Origin: Myxococcota bacterium
Lineage (GTDB): Bacteria > Myxococcota_A > UBA9160 > UBA4427
Length of the DNA stretch: 64,000 nucleotides
Assembly: GCA_029941885.1 (NCBI GenBank)
Contig: JAPYTP010000008.1
Coordinates: forward strand, 297 to 64,296
Direction of reading: 5' to 3'
Under the pieces are notes generated by a model, which saw nothing but the letters and a program-made list of their open reading frames with translations, was not told the DNA's origin and ran no database searches. Shown here piece by piece: positions 36,555 to 46,992 of this stretch; positions within the stretch are counted from its first letter, which is position 1; each line of letters opens with the position of its first letter. The translations under genes and the position numbers were made by a program.

Positions 36555-39500
36555 ATGACTCCCAGTATCCTCTGTGCCCCCCACGGCGCCTCGACCCTCG
36601 CGTCCGCCCGCGCCCTTGCCTGCTATTGGCGACCGGATCGGCTTGGGCTGCTCGTCCTCGGGTTCGTCGCGGTCCTCGCGATCAGCCTCACGGGCGGAAC
36701 CGCCCAGGCCGCCTGTACGCCGGATCCACCCATGGCTGACGATGCGGTGACCTGTGATGGAACCGACTCGACGGGCTTCGACGGAAGCGGTGCCACGGGC
36801 CTCACGATCACGACCGATGGCGCCGCCGAGCTCGACGAGAGCGATGCCCTCCTCGACAGCGCGATTCTCATCGGCGCCGACAACACCGTCACGATTGGAA
36901 CCGACGCGACGGTCACCGTTACCGAGGCGGACGGATTTGGCGTGCGAGGGGGTGACCGCAATGGGGTGACCAATGATGGGATGATCGTGGTCGACGGCGC
37001 GAATGGTGTCGCGATCGATGTCGGCAGCCTCGACGTTCCCGACCCGGCCCCGGCGATCAATGTCATGAACAATGGAACGATCACATTGAACGGTGCCAAC
37101 AGCGTCGGCCTGCGGAGCGTCGACAACTACAATCTCTCGAACGAAGTGGGCGGCGTGATCACGATCAATGCGAGTGCCACCGGGGGCATCGGCATCCAGG
37201 GGGTGGACGACAACCTCGTCTTCAATCGCGGCACGATCACCGTCGACGCAGCGGATGGTCGCGCGATCTCGATTCGGGACAACACCGGCGTCCCGCTTCC
37301 GAACGGTGCGATCACCGTATCGACGAGCGTGATCGACCTGAACGGCGATCGCAGTATCGCCGTCGAAGTCCGCGACAACGTCGGCGCCGCCGTTGACGGG
37401 ATCATCAACTTCAGCGCCACGCGCCGCCTGACGCGCGGCCTGTCGGCGGGCAACAAGACCGACCCCTTTGCAGCGGCCAACTTCACGAACCAGGGAACGA
37501 TGAACGTCGCGAGCGACGACGCTTTCGGCATGAAGGTCGGGGACGGCTGGATCGACGGCTCCGACGATGGGATGGGCGTGCTCGTCCCCGAGTCCGCCGG
37601 GACGCGCAACGTCGGCACGATCAACGTCACGGGCAGCCGCTCCGTCGGTATCTTCGCGGGCGACGAAGCGAATCTCACGTTCAACCACAACAGCTTCGTC
37701 TCGAATACCGGTACGATCAACGTCACCGGCGTCGATGCGATCGGCATTTCTGCTGGCGGGAACGACGTGTTCGATCCCTTCGATTTCGATGACCTCGACT
37801 CGACCGTGCTCGTCTTTAGCATCCAGCAGAGTGGCACCATCACCGGCGGTGCGGACGCCGGCCCTCTCGTTCTACTCCGGAATTTCTCAGCGGACGGTGA
37901 GAATCGGATCTTCAACACGGCGACCGGTAGTATTCTCGCGGACGTCACGAATCTGGGGATGACCGACCGAGGCATCGCCATCCGCGGCACCGCCGGCCCC
38001 GAGCTCGTCCTCAACTCCGGCACGATCCAGGGTGATATCGAACTGCTCGGCGGCGATGACCGCTACGCGGTCGACTCCACTACGATGATGACCGGTACCG
38101 TATACGGCGGCACGGGAATCGATGAAGCGGTCCTCAACTTCGCGTTCGGGACGGAGCCAGGCAACTTCGATCCCTCGTCGCTCGACGGCTTCGAACGAAT
38201 CCGAATCTACGGCGCGAGCGGAATCGGCGGTTCGCTCAATGGCTGGACGCTGACCAATGGCGGGAGCTTCGCAGGCATCACGGAAATCGCAGGCACCGGT
38301 CGTCTCGTCGTTCCCGAAGGCGTCAACGGCTTCAACGTCCCGGTGACGCTCGGCGGCGATCTCGTCGTCGACCCGATGGGGAGTGTGCTCCTGACGCTGG
38401 ACGGCACGAATACTCCCCTCACGGTGGTTGGCAACGCGACCTTCGACGGCACCCTCATCGTCGAGCGAACCGCCCTGCTGCGCGTGGACGGAGCCTACCG
38501 TCTGATTCAGGTCGACGGCAGCCGAGCAGCCACGATCTTCGCGACTGAAATGCTCCCCGATACGATGGGCGTCTATTCTTTCTCGACGATCTACGACGCC
38601 AACGGCGTGTCGCTCTTGGTCGTTCGCAATTTGACGCTCGCCGCGATCGCCTCGAGCGCGAATCGAAGGGCGATCGCCACGCATCTCGACGACATCTACG
38701 TCGACCCCGCGACGCCGCTCGGGCTCCTTCAAGAGATCGATGATCTCCTGACGGGCACCGGCAACCTCAACAATGTCTTCGATGCCCTGAATCCCGAACC
38801 CTACGATGCACAGACGGCGGTGATCGCCGAGAGCAGCCGACGCATCGCGAATCTGCTGATGAATCGCCCCCGCGATTGCCAGAGGGGTCAGCTCGATCCG
38901 TGGCAGAAGTCGACCGAGCACCTCGCGTGCCACGCGCGACGCTGGTCTCCCTGGCTGGCGACGATTGGCAGCTTTCGCGAGCGGGATGCCAATTCGGGCC
39001 ATACCGAATACGACGCGCAGATCGGCGGTGCGGTATTCGGAATCGACGTTCGACCGATTGGCGATCTCCAGCTCACCCTCGCCATCTCCAGCCAGAAAGG
39101 CACGATCGACGTGCAGGGCTACGGCGAGAGCGATCTCGTCCTGGCGGATATCTCGGGACACGTGGCCTGGAGTCGAGGTCCGCTACGGCTTCAGGGTGTC
39201 GCCTCGTGGGGATACGGCTCCCACATGAGCCGCCGCAGGATCCAGTTCAACGAGGGTTCGACTCCCGTAAACGTCAATGCCGAAGATGATCACGCGAGTC
39301 AGCACGTTGCCGTTTCGGCGCAGGCAGGCTTCCTCATGCACCTGGGACCGATCGACATCGAGCCGCTCGTGGGAGCCGACTACACCTGGATCAGCCAAGA
39401 CGAAATCCGAGAGGGCGACGCGGGGCTCTTCGGAGAGAGTATCGAGCAGCGCGACGACGACCTCGTCTCCGTGACGGGTGGAGTTCGGCTGAGCACCGTC

Positions 39501-39818
39501 TACCACCACACCAAATACCTCCATTCCAGCCTCTTGTGGATGGATGGAATCTGGCGTCCGACGCTCGATCTTCGCTGGCGGCAGACCCTCATGGGCTATG
39601 ACCGAGACCTAACAGCGCGCCTGAACAGCGCACCGAGCAGCGTGTCGAGCTTTACGATCGAAGGGAAGGAAGACGAGGGAGGCTTCGAGATCGGCGCGGG
39701 CATCTCCTTCGTCCCCGAAAACGCCAACCGACTCCAGATCGATCTTGGATACGATGTCTTCCGCTCCGAAAATACTCTCGAACACAACCTCGTCGCAAAG
39801 GTGATCGTAGGCTTCTAG
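36555..39818 (+). CDS. autotransporter (type Va) with beta-helical passenger
   Basis: Long signal peptide ending AQA-ACT; repeated N.GTI.V.G turns; C-terminal ~300-aa barrel (EPLVGADY.W, terminal VIVGF). Confidence 0.88.
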   Translation: MTPSILCAPHGASTLASARALACYWRPDRLGLLVLGFVAVLAISLTGGTAQAACTPDPPMADDAVTCDGTDSTGFDGSGATGLTITTDGAAELDESDALLDSAILIGADNTVTIGTDATVTVTEADGFGVRGGDRNGVTNDGMIVVDGANGVAIDVGSLDVPDPAPAINVMNNGTITLNGANSVGLRSVDNYNLSNEVGGVITINASATGGIGIQGVDDNLVFNRGTITVDAADGRAISIRDNTGVPLPNGAITVSTSVIDLNGDRSIAVEVRDNVGAAVDGIINFSATRRLTRGLSAGNKTDPFAAANFTNQGTMNVASDDAFGMKVGDGWIDGSDDGMGVLVPESAGTRNVGTINVTGSRSVGIFAGDEANLTFNHNSFVSNTGTINVTGVDAIGISAGGNDVFDPFDFDDLDSTVLVFSIQQSGTITGGADAGPLVLLRNFSADGENRIFNTATGSILADVTNLGMTDRGIAIRGTAGPELVLNSGTIQGDIELLGGDDRYAVDSTTMMTGTVYGGTGIDEAVLNFAFGTEPGNFDPSSLDGFERIRIYGASGIGGSLNGWTLTNGGSFAGITEIAGTGRLVVPEGVNGFNVPVTLGGDLVVDPMGSVLLTLDGTNTPLTVVGNATFDGTLIVERTALLRVDGAYRLIQVDGSRAATIFATEMLPDTMGVYSFSTIYDANGVSLLVVRNLTLAAIASSANRRAIATHLDDIYVDPATPLGLLQEIDDLLTGTGNLNNVFDALNPEPYDAQTAVIAESSRRIANLLMNRPRDCQRGQLDPWQKSTEHLACHARRWSPWLATIGSFRERDANSGHTEYDAQIGGAVFGIDVRPIGDLQLTLAISSQKGTIDVQGYGESDLVLADISGHVAWSRGPLRLQGVASWGYGSHMSRRRIQFNEGSTPVNVNAEDDHASQHVAVSAQAGFLMHLGPIDIEPLVGADYTWISQDEIREGDAGLFGESIEQRDDDLVSVTGGVRLSTVYHHTKYLHSSLLWMDGIWRPTLDLRWRQTLMGYDRDLTARLNSAPSSVSSFTIEGKEDEGGFEIGAGISFVPENANRLQIDLGYDVFRSENTLEHNLVAKVIVGF

Positions 39819-39913
39819 ACTTCCCGTGGATCCGCCCGATTTTGCCTGCTGCGTTTCGCGGGCGGGTCGAGTCGGGAAACGACCCGCGAGGGGCGAAGGA
39901 GAAGTCGGGCGCG

Positions 39914-40921
39914 ATGTCGAGTGAGAATGTCCAGACGAACGTCGACCGTCGAGGGGCGATGGCCGGGATCGAGTGGATCGTCGCTCGCACGATCTTTCCC
40001 GCCGTGCTCGGCGGCGCCGTCCTCTACGCGATCGTCCAGATCGAGGCGGGCGTCGGCCCTGCGGAAGCGATCGGACTCCCGACGATCCTCTCCTATTTCG
40101 TGATCGCCGGCGTCGAACGCTTCCTCTATTGGCAACCCGACTGGCTCCATTCCAACGGCGATCTCAAGGTCGACATCGGGCACCTGTTGATCTCGGGCCT
40201 GCTGACGACCCGGCTGCTCGAAGTCCCCGTCCGCCTCGGCGGGATCGCCCTCGCCGCTGCACTCGCCGGCCAGACGGGAAGCTCGCTCTGGCCGACGGAC
40301 TGGAGCCTGTGGATCCAACTGCCCCTGGCTCTCGTGTTCGGCGAGTTCTTTCTCTACTGGATCCATCGCATCACGCACGAGGTCGACTGGCTGTGGCGCT
40401 TCCACGCGATGCACCACAGCGCCCCCCGACTCTATTTCCTGAATGCCGTCCGATTCCATCCGGTCGACATCGCGCTCTCGACCTTCTCCCCGATGATCCC
40501 GTTGATCGCGCTCGGCGCTGATGGGAGTCTGATCGCTCTCTTCGGCCTGGTCTCCGCGATCCACGGCCTCTTCCAGCACGCGAATATCGTGCTCAAGCTC
40601 GGCCCGCTCAATCACTTCTTCAGCATGGCCGAGCTCCACCGCTGGCATCACTCCCGCCTGCTCGAGGAGTCGAATACCAATTTCGGCCAGAATCTGATCG
40701 TCTGGGACACCGTCTTCGGGACGCGCTTTCTCCCCGAGGACCGCGAGCCTCCGACGGATATCGGAATCGCGGGGCTCCCGACGTTCCCGATGGACTATCT
40801 CGGCCAACTCCTGTCGCCCCTGCGCTGGAGGTCGATCAAGGCCGAGAGTGCGGCCCTGGATGCGGGACCGAGTCTGCTCTCCGAGCGCCCGGAATTTCGC
40901 CGAACCGTGCCGCCTCAATGA
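39914..40921 (+). CDS. sterol desaturase / fatty acid hydroxylase family
   Basis: His boxes YWIHRITH, FHAMHHS, FHP, HAN, HRWHH; NFG..WDTVFGT. Confidence 0.92.
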   Translation: MSSENVQTNVDRRGAMAGIEWIVARTIFPAVLGGAVLYAIVQIEAGVGPAEAIGLPTILSYFVIAGVERFLYWQPDWLHSNGDLKVDIGHLLISGLLTTRLLEVPVRLGGIALAAALAGQTGSSLWPTDWSLWIQLPLALVFGEFFLYWIHRITHEVDWLWRFHAMHHSAPRLYFLNAVRFHPVDIALSTFSPMIPLIALGADGSLIALFGLVSAIHGLFQHANIVLKLGPLNHFFSMAELHRWHHSRLLEESNTNFGQNLIVWDTVFGTRFLPEDREPPTDIGIAGLPTFPMDYLGQLLSPLRWRSIKAESAALDAGPSLLSERPEFRRTVPPQ

Positions 40922-41733
40922 ACCCGGATCTCGGCACCCGTCATGAAGCGAATCCGATGGACTGCCTCTTCGTGGCCGCCGTCGAGTGGCCCGACTCGAA
41001 TCGCGGCGTGATCGAATCCGAGTGCCTCCCATTTCGCGAGACGCTCCAGTGCGGCTTCGCCGGGCTCGAAATCGCCGGCTACGGCATGGGCGTGGACGCT
41101 GACGAGGTCGTGAGGATCCGCCTCGGCGCGACTTTCAGTGTAGGCGTCGCGATGGACCTCTAGCATCTCGTTCGATGCACCCGAGAGATCCAGGAAGCCG
41201 AGCCCGCCCCGGCCCGCGCGGCGCGCATGATCGAGCGACCAACCCGCTAGCCAGATCGGCGGATGGGGGCGTTGGATCGGCTTTGGGACGACATCGACCG
41301 GCCGGATTTCGAACCGAGGCGAGGTCCAGGAAAACGTCGGCGCATCCCACATGTCGACGAGCATGCGAAAACCCTCCTGCCAGGAAGCGTCGTCCCCCTC
41401 CGCCAGATCGCCGTCGGTGAGGAGGGCTATCGCGAGTCGACCCTCGCTCGCCTGATCGAGGGAAGCAGCCTGTTCGGCCACCCGCATCGGCGGGTACGAG
41501 GGCGGCGTCAGCCCTGCGAGCCCCCAGCCGAGTCGGATCCGTTCGGTCCTTCGCGCCAGCGCCGACAGCCAGATCTCTGGCGCACCGCCGCGAAAATCAC
41601 CTTCCTCCCCGGCCGATGGAAAACACCATACGGTGTCGGCTCCCAGTTCTTCAGCGAGGCGGACCTCTCGAGCGAGGGTTTCGAAGTCGGCGCCCTCGGC
41701 CCCGCCGAGCTGATAGAAAATCGAGCGTTTCAT
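40915..41733 (-). CDS. luciferase-like (LLM) flavin-dependent oxidoreductase, short/degenerate
   Basis: APEIWLSALARRTERIRLG, RVAEQAASLDQASEGR, PKPIQRPHPPIW. Confidence 0.8.
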   Translation of the reverse strand: MKRSIFYQLGGAEGADFETLAREVRLAEELGADTVWCFPSAGEEGDFRGGAPEIWLSALARRTERIRLGWGLAGLTPPSYPPMRVAEQAASLDQASEGRLAIALLTDGDLAEGDDASWQEGFRMLVDMWDAPTFSWTSPRFEIRPVDVVPKPIQRPHPPIWLAGWSLDHARRAGRGGLGFLDLSGASNEMLEVHRDAYTESRAEADPHDLVSVHAHAVAGDFEPGEAALERLAKWEALGFDHAAIRVGPLDGGHEEAVHRIRFMTGAEIRVH

Positions 41734-41748
41734 ACGCGATTCAATCGA

Positions 41749-42612
41749 TCAGTTCGAGCCCGCGATTGCGTTGAGAGTCGGGTTTCGTCGCAACCGGATA
41801 TCGTCGAGTCGGGTGCGGCAGGCCTGATCCCAACTCTTGCCCTCTTCGGCCAGGAGATAGAATCGATCCTCCCGGATCCCATCGAAAACGCGATCCGCCA
41901 TCGCCGACGGCGGAATCCCCCCGTCGATACTCGTCTGAATCACCGCTTCCACCATCTCCTGTTCGGGGGTGCCGGCATCCTCCGGGCGCTTGAGATGCTC
42001 GGGACGATTGCGCTCCGATCGACCGATCCCGGTCCGGATGAGCTCGGGGCAGAGCGCCGAACATCCGACCGGCGTCTCGAGGGTGTGGAGTTCGTGGTAG
42101 AGCGTCTCTGTCAAGGAGAGCGCTGCATGTTTGCTCACGTTGTAGGCCCCCGAAAAAGGCGTATTGATGAGGCCAGCCATCGAGCAGGTATTCACGACGT
42201 GTCCGGGTTCGTTCTGCTCGAGCAGGATCGGGACGAATGCGCGAATGCCGTAGAGAACCCCATAGACATTCACCCCGAGCACCCATTCCCAGTCCGTACC
42301 GATCGCCTCCCAGGTGCGGCCCCCTGCGAAGACGCCCGCGTTATTGCAGACGACGTGGACCTTTCCGAACCGATCGAGGGTGGCCTCGGCCAGAGCGGAC
42401 AGATCGTCGGCCTGGGAAACATCGGTCCGAACCGTCAGGACTTCGGCCCCCATCGCCTCGATGTCCTTTGCGGCCTCTGCGAGTGCCCCTTTCTCGATGT
42501 CGGCCATCACGACTTTCATCCCCTCACGAGCGAATCTCTCGCACATCGCCTTTCCGATCCCGCTCGCCGCTCCGGTCACCACCGCGACCCGTCCTTCGAA
42601 TTCCGTCAACAC
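41749..42612 (-). CDS. short-chain dehydrogenase/reductase
   Basis: TGAASGIG, NNAGV, YNVSKH. Confidence 0.95.
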   Translation of the reverse strand: MLTEFEGRVAVVTGAASGIGKAMCERFAREGMKVVMADIEKGALAEAAKDIEAMGAEVLTVRTDVSQADDLSALAEATLDRFGKVHVVCNNAGVFAGGRTWEAIGTDWEWVLGVNVYGVLYGIRAFVPILLEQNEPGHVVNTCSMAGLINTPFSGAYNVSKHAALSLTETLYHELHTLETPVGCSALCPELIRTGIGRSERNRPEHLKRPEDAGTPEQEMVEAVIQTSIDGGIPPSAMADRVFDGIREDRFYLLAEEGKSWDQACRTRLDDIRLRRNPTLNAIAGSN

Positions 42613-42737
42613 GCGTGTTCTCCTTCCCGGTCCAGGGGCGTCTCCATGCCTTGGACACGGGTGGCAATAGGGGCTTCGTCGCCCGGGCGATGGATGTTAG
42701 ATTCTCCGCGCAGGGACCGACAGCCAATGGAGAGACG

Positions 42738-45131
42738 ATGACCGAAGACCTCCCCCGCCCCTTCGACGGCCTATTGGTGATCGACCTCTGTAGCGAGATC
42801 GCTGGGCCCTATGCGAGCAAGCTCTTCGTGGACGCGGGAGCCCGCGTCATCAAGATCGAGCCCAACGGGGGCGACCCCTTGCGCCGGTGGACGGCCTCCC
42901 AGCAGGATCTCGCACCGGAGGAATCGAGCCCCCTCTTTCAATACCTGAACGCCAGCAAGAAGGGCATCGCCCTCGACCCGCGCGACGCTCGCGACCGCGC
43001 GAGGATCGGCCGTTTCGCCGAACGCGCGGACATCCTCTTCGAGGACTGGGGCCCGGGCGGCCTCGAGGCGCGGGGGCTCGATCCGGAGAAATGGTTGGAG
43101 TCGAATCCTCGACTCTCGATCGTGCGGCTCTCGCCCTGGGGGCAGGTGGGTCCCTGGGCAGACCGCCCCGCCAACGATTTCACGCTCCAGGCAGCAACGG
43201 GGTCCACCGAAAATCGCGGACTGCCCGATCGCCGGCCGGTCGCGGCCGGGGGACGCATCGGCGACTGGATCGGCGGAAGCTTCGCCTCGGTCGCAGCTTT
43301 GGCGGCCTGGCGATCGGCGAGACAGACCGGCGAGGGACAGGTCGTCGACCTCTCGGTTTTCGAGGCGATGATTCAGTGTTTCACGGTCTTCGGCGATCTC
43401 GGAAGTCAATTCAGCGGGGGGCTGCAGTCCCGCTCGATCGAGCTGCCCTCCATCGAGCCCACCAAGGACGGCCACGTGGGATTCTGCACCATCTCGGCGC
43501 AGCAGTGGAAGGATTTCTGTTCGATGTTAGGTCGTCAGGATGTGGCGGATGATCCGGTCTACCTCGACGGCGGCCAACGGATGGCCAACCTGGACTTCAT
43601 CCAGGACATGATGCATTCCTGGACCCGAGAAAAAACGACCGACGAGATCATCGAACTCTGCGAACTCTTGCGAATTCCCGTCGCGCCCATCGGCAACGGC
43701 CGCGACCTTCCGGAATTCGACCACCTGATCGAACGCGGGGCCTTCGAACGGGCACCGGGCGGCTTTCTCCAACCCCGCCCGCCCTGGAGACTCGAAACAA
43801 CGTCGCCCGCGCCGATCGGAAGGACCGCCGCCCTCGACGAGGATCGCGACGAGCTACTCGCTCTCCTCGAGAAACCCGTGACCACGCCAGTGGTTCGGGT
43901 CGGCCAATCGGATCTGCCCTTCGCCGGCCTGCGCGTCATCGATCTGACTGCCTTCTGGGCCGGCCCCTACGCGACGTCGATTCTCTCCGATCTCGGGGCG
44001 GACGTCATCAAGATCGAATCGATCCAGCGCCCAGACGGCATGCGCTTCGCGACACCGATCCGAAATGACGTGCTCTGGGAATGGGGGCACGTCTATCACG
44101 GCGTGAACCCCGGCAAGCGCGACGTCACCCTACGCCTCGATCACGAGAAGGGCGTCGGGCTCGTGAAACGATTGATCGAGGATGCCGACGTCGTGATCGA
44201 AAATTTCTCGGCGCGGGTGATGCCTCGGTTCGGCCTCGACGAGGCGACAGTCAAAGCCCTCAACGGACGCGCGATCTTCGTCCGCATGCCCGCCTTTGGT
44301 CTCGATGGTCCCTGGCGCGACCGACAGGGCTTTGCGATGACCGTCGAGCAGGTCAGTGGCATGGCCTGGGTCACCGGTTACGAGGACCTCCCGCTCGTGG
44401 TTCGCGGCGTCTGCGATCCGATCGGGAGCGCCCACGCGATCTTCGCCCTGGGGCTCGCCCTCGAAGAGCGCCAGCGAACCGGTCTCGGCCAGACGGTCGA
44501 AGTCGCCCTCGTCGAACCGGCGCTCGCGGTCGCCGCCGAGCAAGTCATCGAGTATTCAGCCTACGGCGAGTTATTGGGCCGCGACAGCAACGCGATGCCA
44601 CACGCGGCGCCTCAGGGACTCTTCGAAACCGCCCAGCCCGACGAGCGAATCGCCGTCTCCGTGACGAACGAAAAGCAGTGGGGGGGGTTGTGTCGCGCAC
44701 TCGAGGCCGAGGATTGGGACCAATCAGAATCACTGGCCAGCCACCGTGGTCGATTGGCCGAACACGATGCGCTGTGCGCCCGATTGTCGGCGTGGCTGCG
44801 GCCACAGGGGCGCGATGCCGCGCTCGAGCGTCTGCTCGCCGAGGGTGTCCCCGCGGCGGCCTCCATCAACAACTACGCCCTGTGGCCCAACGCGCAGCTC
44901 GATCATCGTGGCTTCTTCCAGACCATGAAACACCCGCATACGGGTGAGACCCGTTACCCGTCCTTTCCCGCCATCTTCTCCCGGTTCGAGCGCGATCTCC
45001 ACCGATCGCCCCCGCCCACGCTCGGCCAACACAACCGGGAAGTGCTCCAGAGCGAACTCGGGATCGACGACAAGGAACTCGCACAGCTCGAGGCGGACGG
45101 CATCATCGGGACTCGACCCAGCTTCATGTAG
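42738..45131 (+). CDS. family III CoA-transferase, tandem double CaiB/BaiF domain
   Basis: Two copies of the N-terminal motif (AGPYA..GARVIKIE and WAGPYA..GADVIKIE); PTLGQHN. Confidence 0.92.
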   Translation: MTEDLPRPFDGLLVIDLCSEIAGPYASKLFVDAGARVIKIEPNGGDPLRRWTASQQDLAPEESSPLFQYLNASKKGIALDPRDARDRARIGRFAERADILFEDWGPGGLEARGLDPEKWLESNPRLSIVRLSPWGQVGPWADRPANDFTLQAATGSTENRGLPDRRPVAAGGRIGDWIGGSFASVAALAAWRSARQTGEGQVVDLSVFEAMIQCFTVFGDLGSQFSGGLQSRSIELPSIEPTKDGHVGFCTISAQQWKDFCSMLGRQDVADDPVYLDGGQRMANLDFIQDMMHSWTREKTTDEIIELCELLRIPVAPIGNGRDLPEFDHLIERGAFERAPGGFLQPRPPWRLETTSPAPIGRTAALDEDRDELLALLEKPVTTPVVRVGQSDLPFAGLRVIDLTAFWAGPYATSILSDLGADVIKIESIQRPDGMRFATPIRNDVLWEWGHVYHGVNPGKRDVTLRLDHEKGVGLVKRLIEDADVVIENFSARVMPRFGLDEATVKALNGRAIFVRMPAFGLDGPWRDRQGFAMTVEQVSGMAWVTGYEDLPLVVRGVCDPIGSAHAIFALGLALEERQRTGLGQTVEVALVEPALAVAAEQVIEYSAYGELLGRDSNAMPHAAPQGLFETAQPDERIAVSVTNEKQWGGLCRALEAEDWDQSESLASHRGRLAEHDALCARLSAWLRPQGRDAALERLLAEGVPAAASINNYALWPNAQLDHRGFFQTMKHPHTGETRYPSFPAIFSRFERDLHRSPPPTLGQHNREVLQSELGIDDKELAQLEADGIIGTRPSFM

Positions 45132-45161
45132 AGACCGCACGGCCGGCGTCCGACCGGCCCC

Positions 45162-46046
45162 CTAGATCAACGCCAGTTGACCGCTTGCCGCTTCGCCCTG
45201 CTCCCCGGGCCACGCCGGCATCTCCCCCACCGCTTCGAGAGAGCCGATTCGAGCCAGCAGGTCGCGCGCGATGCTCGGAGATTCGCGATTGCTCGGAGAG
45301 TGCACGAAGACGATCGGCTCGAGACCCGCCCCGATCCAGCGGGCAAGAATCTTCGACCATCGATCGAGCCAGCGTTCGTTGATTGTCGGATCGGGATGAA
45401 AGACGATTCGGATGATCGGATCCGCCGAAAGCGCATCCTCTCTGACCGGCAGGTTCGGCTTCTGCCGGCGCGCCGCGTCGAGATACAGATGATCCCCCAA
45501 GCCGTCGCGCAGCGGCCGCGTATCCATGATGACCCGTCCGACCCCCGCCGCCTCGAGCAGGTCTTCCACGATCTGCGCGAGCATTCCCTCTGCCACGAGT
45601 TCCGGAGCCCGAAACTCCACGGCATAACGAAATCCAGAGGGTAGATCCGCGAGAAAAGACTCGAGCCGAGGGAGTTCGCGGGCACCGAAAACCGGGGGCA
45701 GTTGAATCATGAGCGGAGCGAGTTTGCCTCGAAGGGGGGCGATCCCTTCGAGAAACGCATGGGTCTCGTCGTGAACCCCCCGCAGCATCGCATCGTGAGT
45801 GATGGTCCGCGGCAGCTTGAAGCAGAACCGAAAGGGGTCCGGACTCTCACAATTCCATTTCTCGACGGTGCGCGGGGGAGGCGCCGCATAGAAGGTCGTA
45901 TTGCCTTCGACGGCATTGAAGACACGACCGTATTGGCGCAGGAAATCAGACCGGCGGCTGTCCTCGGTATAGAGGCCGCCCCGCCACTCCTCGAACCCCC
46001 AGAAGGGCAATCCCAGATGGAGTCGTCGAATCATCGTCGCCTGCAT
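45162..46046 (-). CDS. DUF72 domain protein
   Basis: AVEGNTTFY, FCFKLPRTITH, QLPP, YAVEFR. Confidence 0.92.
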   Translation of the reverse strand: MQATMIRRLHLGLPFWGFEEWRGGLYTEDSRRSDFLRQYGRVFNAVEGNTTFYAAPPPRTVEKWNCESPDPFRFCFKLPRTITHDAMLRGVHDETHAFLEGIAPLRGKLAPLMIQLPPVFGARELPRLESFLADLPSGFRYAVEFRAPELVAEGMLAQIVEDLLEAAGVGRVIMDTRPLRDGLGDHLYLDAARRQKPNLPVREDALSADPIIRIVFHPDPTINERWLDRWSKILARWIGAGLEPIVFVHSPSNRESPSIARDLLARIGSLEAVGEMPAWPGEQGEAASGQLALI

Positions 46047-46227
46047 TTCAAGATTCGTTCGCCGTCGCACCGGCTGGAATCTCGTGCCTCGTCATATTAC
46101 ACGTATCACACGAAAAAATTGATCATCACTTGAGAGTCGTCAATGGTCTGCAGAAGTTCTTGCAATCGGCTCCTGATTCGCGGACCCTACCGCCATCCCC
46201 CCGACAGCGCCCCCTATTCAGGAGACC

Positions 46228-46923
46228 GTGATGCCGCACGATTCCATGCGAATCGATCAGCTCTCATCCAGTGGCCGGGAGACCCGAACCGGGTTCGCCG
46301 CCAAGACGATCCGCCCCCTCGGGACGCGCGGATGGATCTTGATCATCGCTGTCCTCGCCTCGACCGGGTGGGCCGATCCCGTCGCCGCACAGGACTGGGG
46401 CGAGTCCGATGACGGCTGGTCCTCGGACTCCTCTTCCACGAGCCATTCGGGCGGATCCTCCGCCTGGGACGAGCCGGCCGCGACGCGCTGGTCCCTGCGC
46501 GCCGGCGTCGGCTTCATTGCCGGCCCGGACCACTTCTTGATGAACTTCGAGCTGCCCTACCGCTTCGATCAATACGTCTCGCTGGGTCCCATGATCCAGG
46601 TCGGGATCGCGAACGACCGATCGATTGTCGCCCCGACCGCGAACCTCACGATCACGATCCCCGATCTGCCGGGAGACACCCTGGATCGTTTCCGTCCGAA
46701 TGTATTCGCCGGGATCGGCTTCGCCGTGATCACGGACGATGATCGCAACGGCGATGACCGATCCGCTGGATTCCTGATCAACGCCGGCTTCGGGGTCGAC
46801 TACGTCTTGAGCCAGCGCGTCTCGATCGGCTCCCGGATGATTCTGAACTTCCTTCCCGAAAACACACTCGCCCAAAATTTCTTCTACAGCTGGGAGGTTG
46901 TGGGCGTCAAACTGTCCTTCTGA
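46228..46923 (+). CDS. small outer-membrane beta-barrel protein
   Basis: Signal peptide, RPNVFAGIG, NAGFGVDY, terminal VKLSF. Confidence 0.78.
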   Translation: MMPHDSMRIDQLSSSGRETRTGFAAKTIRPLGTRGWILIIAVLASTGWADPVAAQDWGESDDGWSSDSSSTSHSGGSSAWDEPAATRWSLRAGVGFIAGPDHFLMNFELPYRFDQYVSLGPMIQVGIANDRSIVAPTANLTITIPDLPGDTLDRFRPNVFAGIGFAVITDDDRNGDDRSAGFLINAGFGVDYVLSQRVSIGSRMILNFLPENTLAQNFFYSWEVVGVKLSF

Positions 46924-46992
46924 GAGGAATCCGCGGAGACGCGCCACGCGCCCGTCCCGCCCCTACTCCACCTGCCCGGCCTCTTGCTGCAC

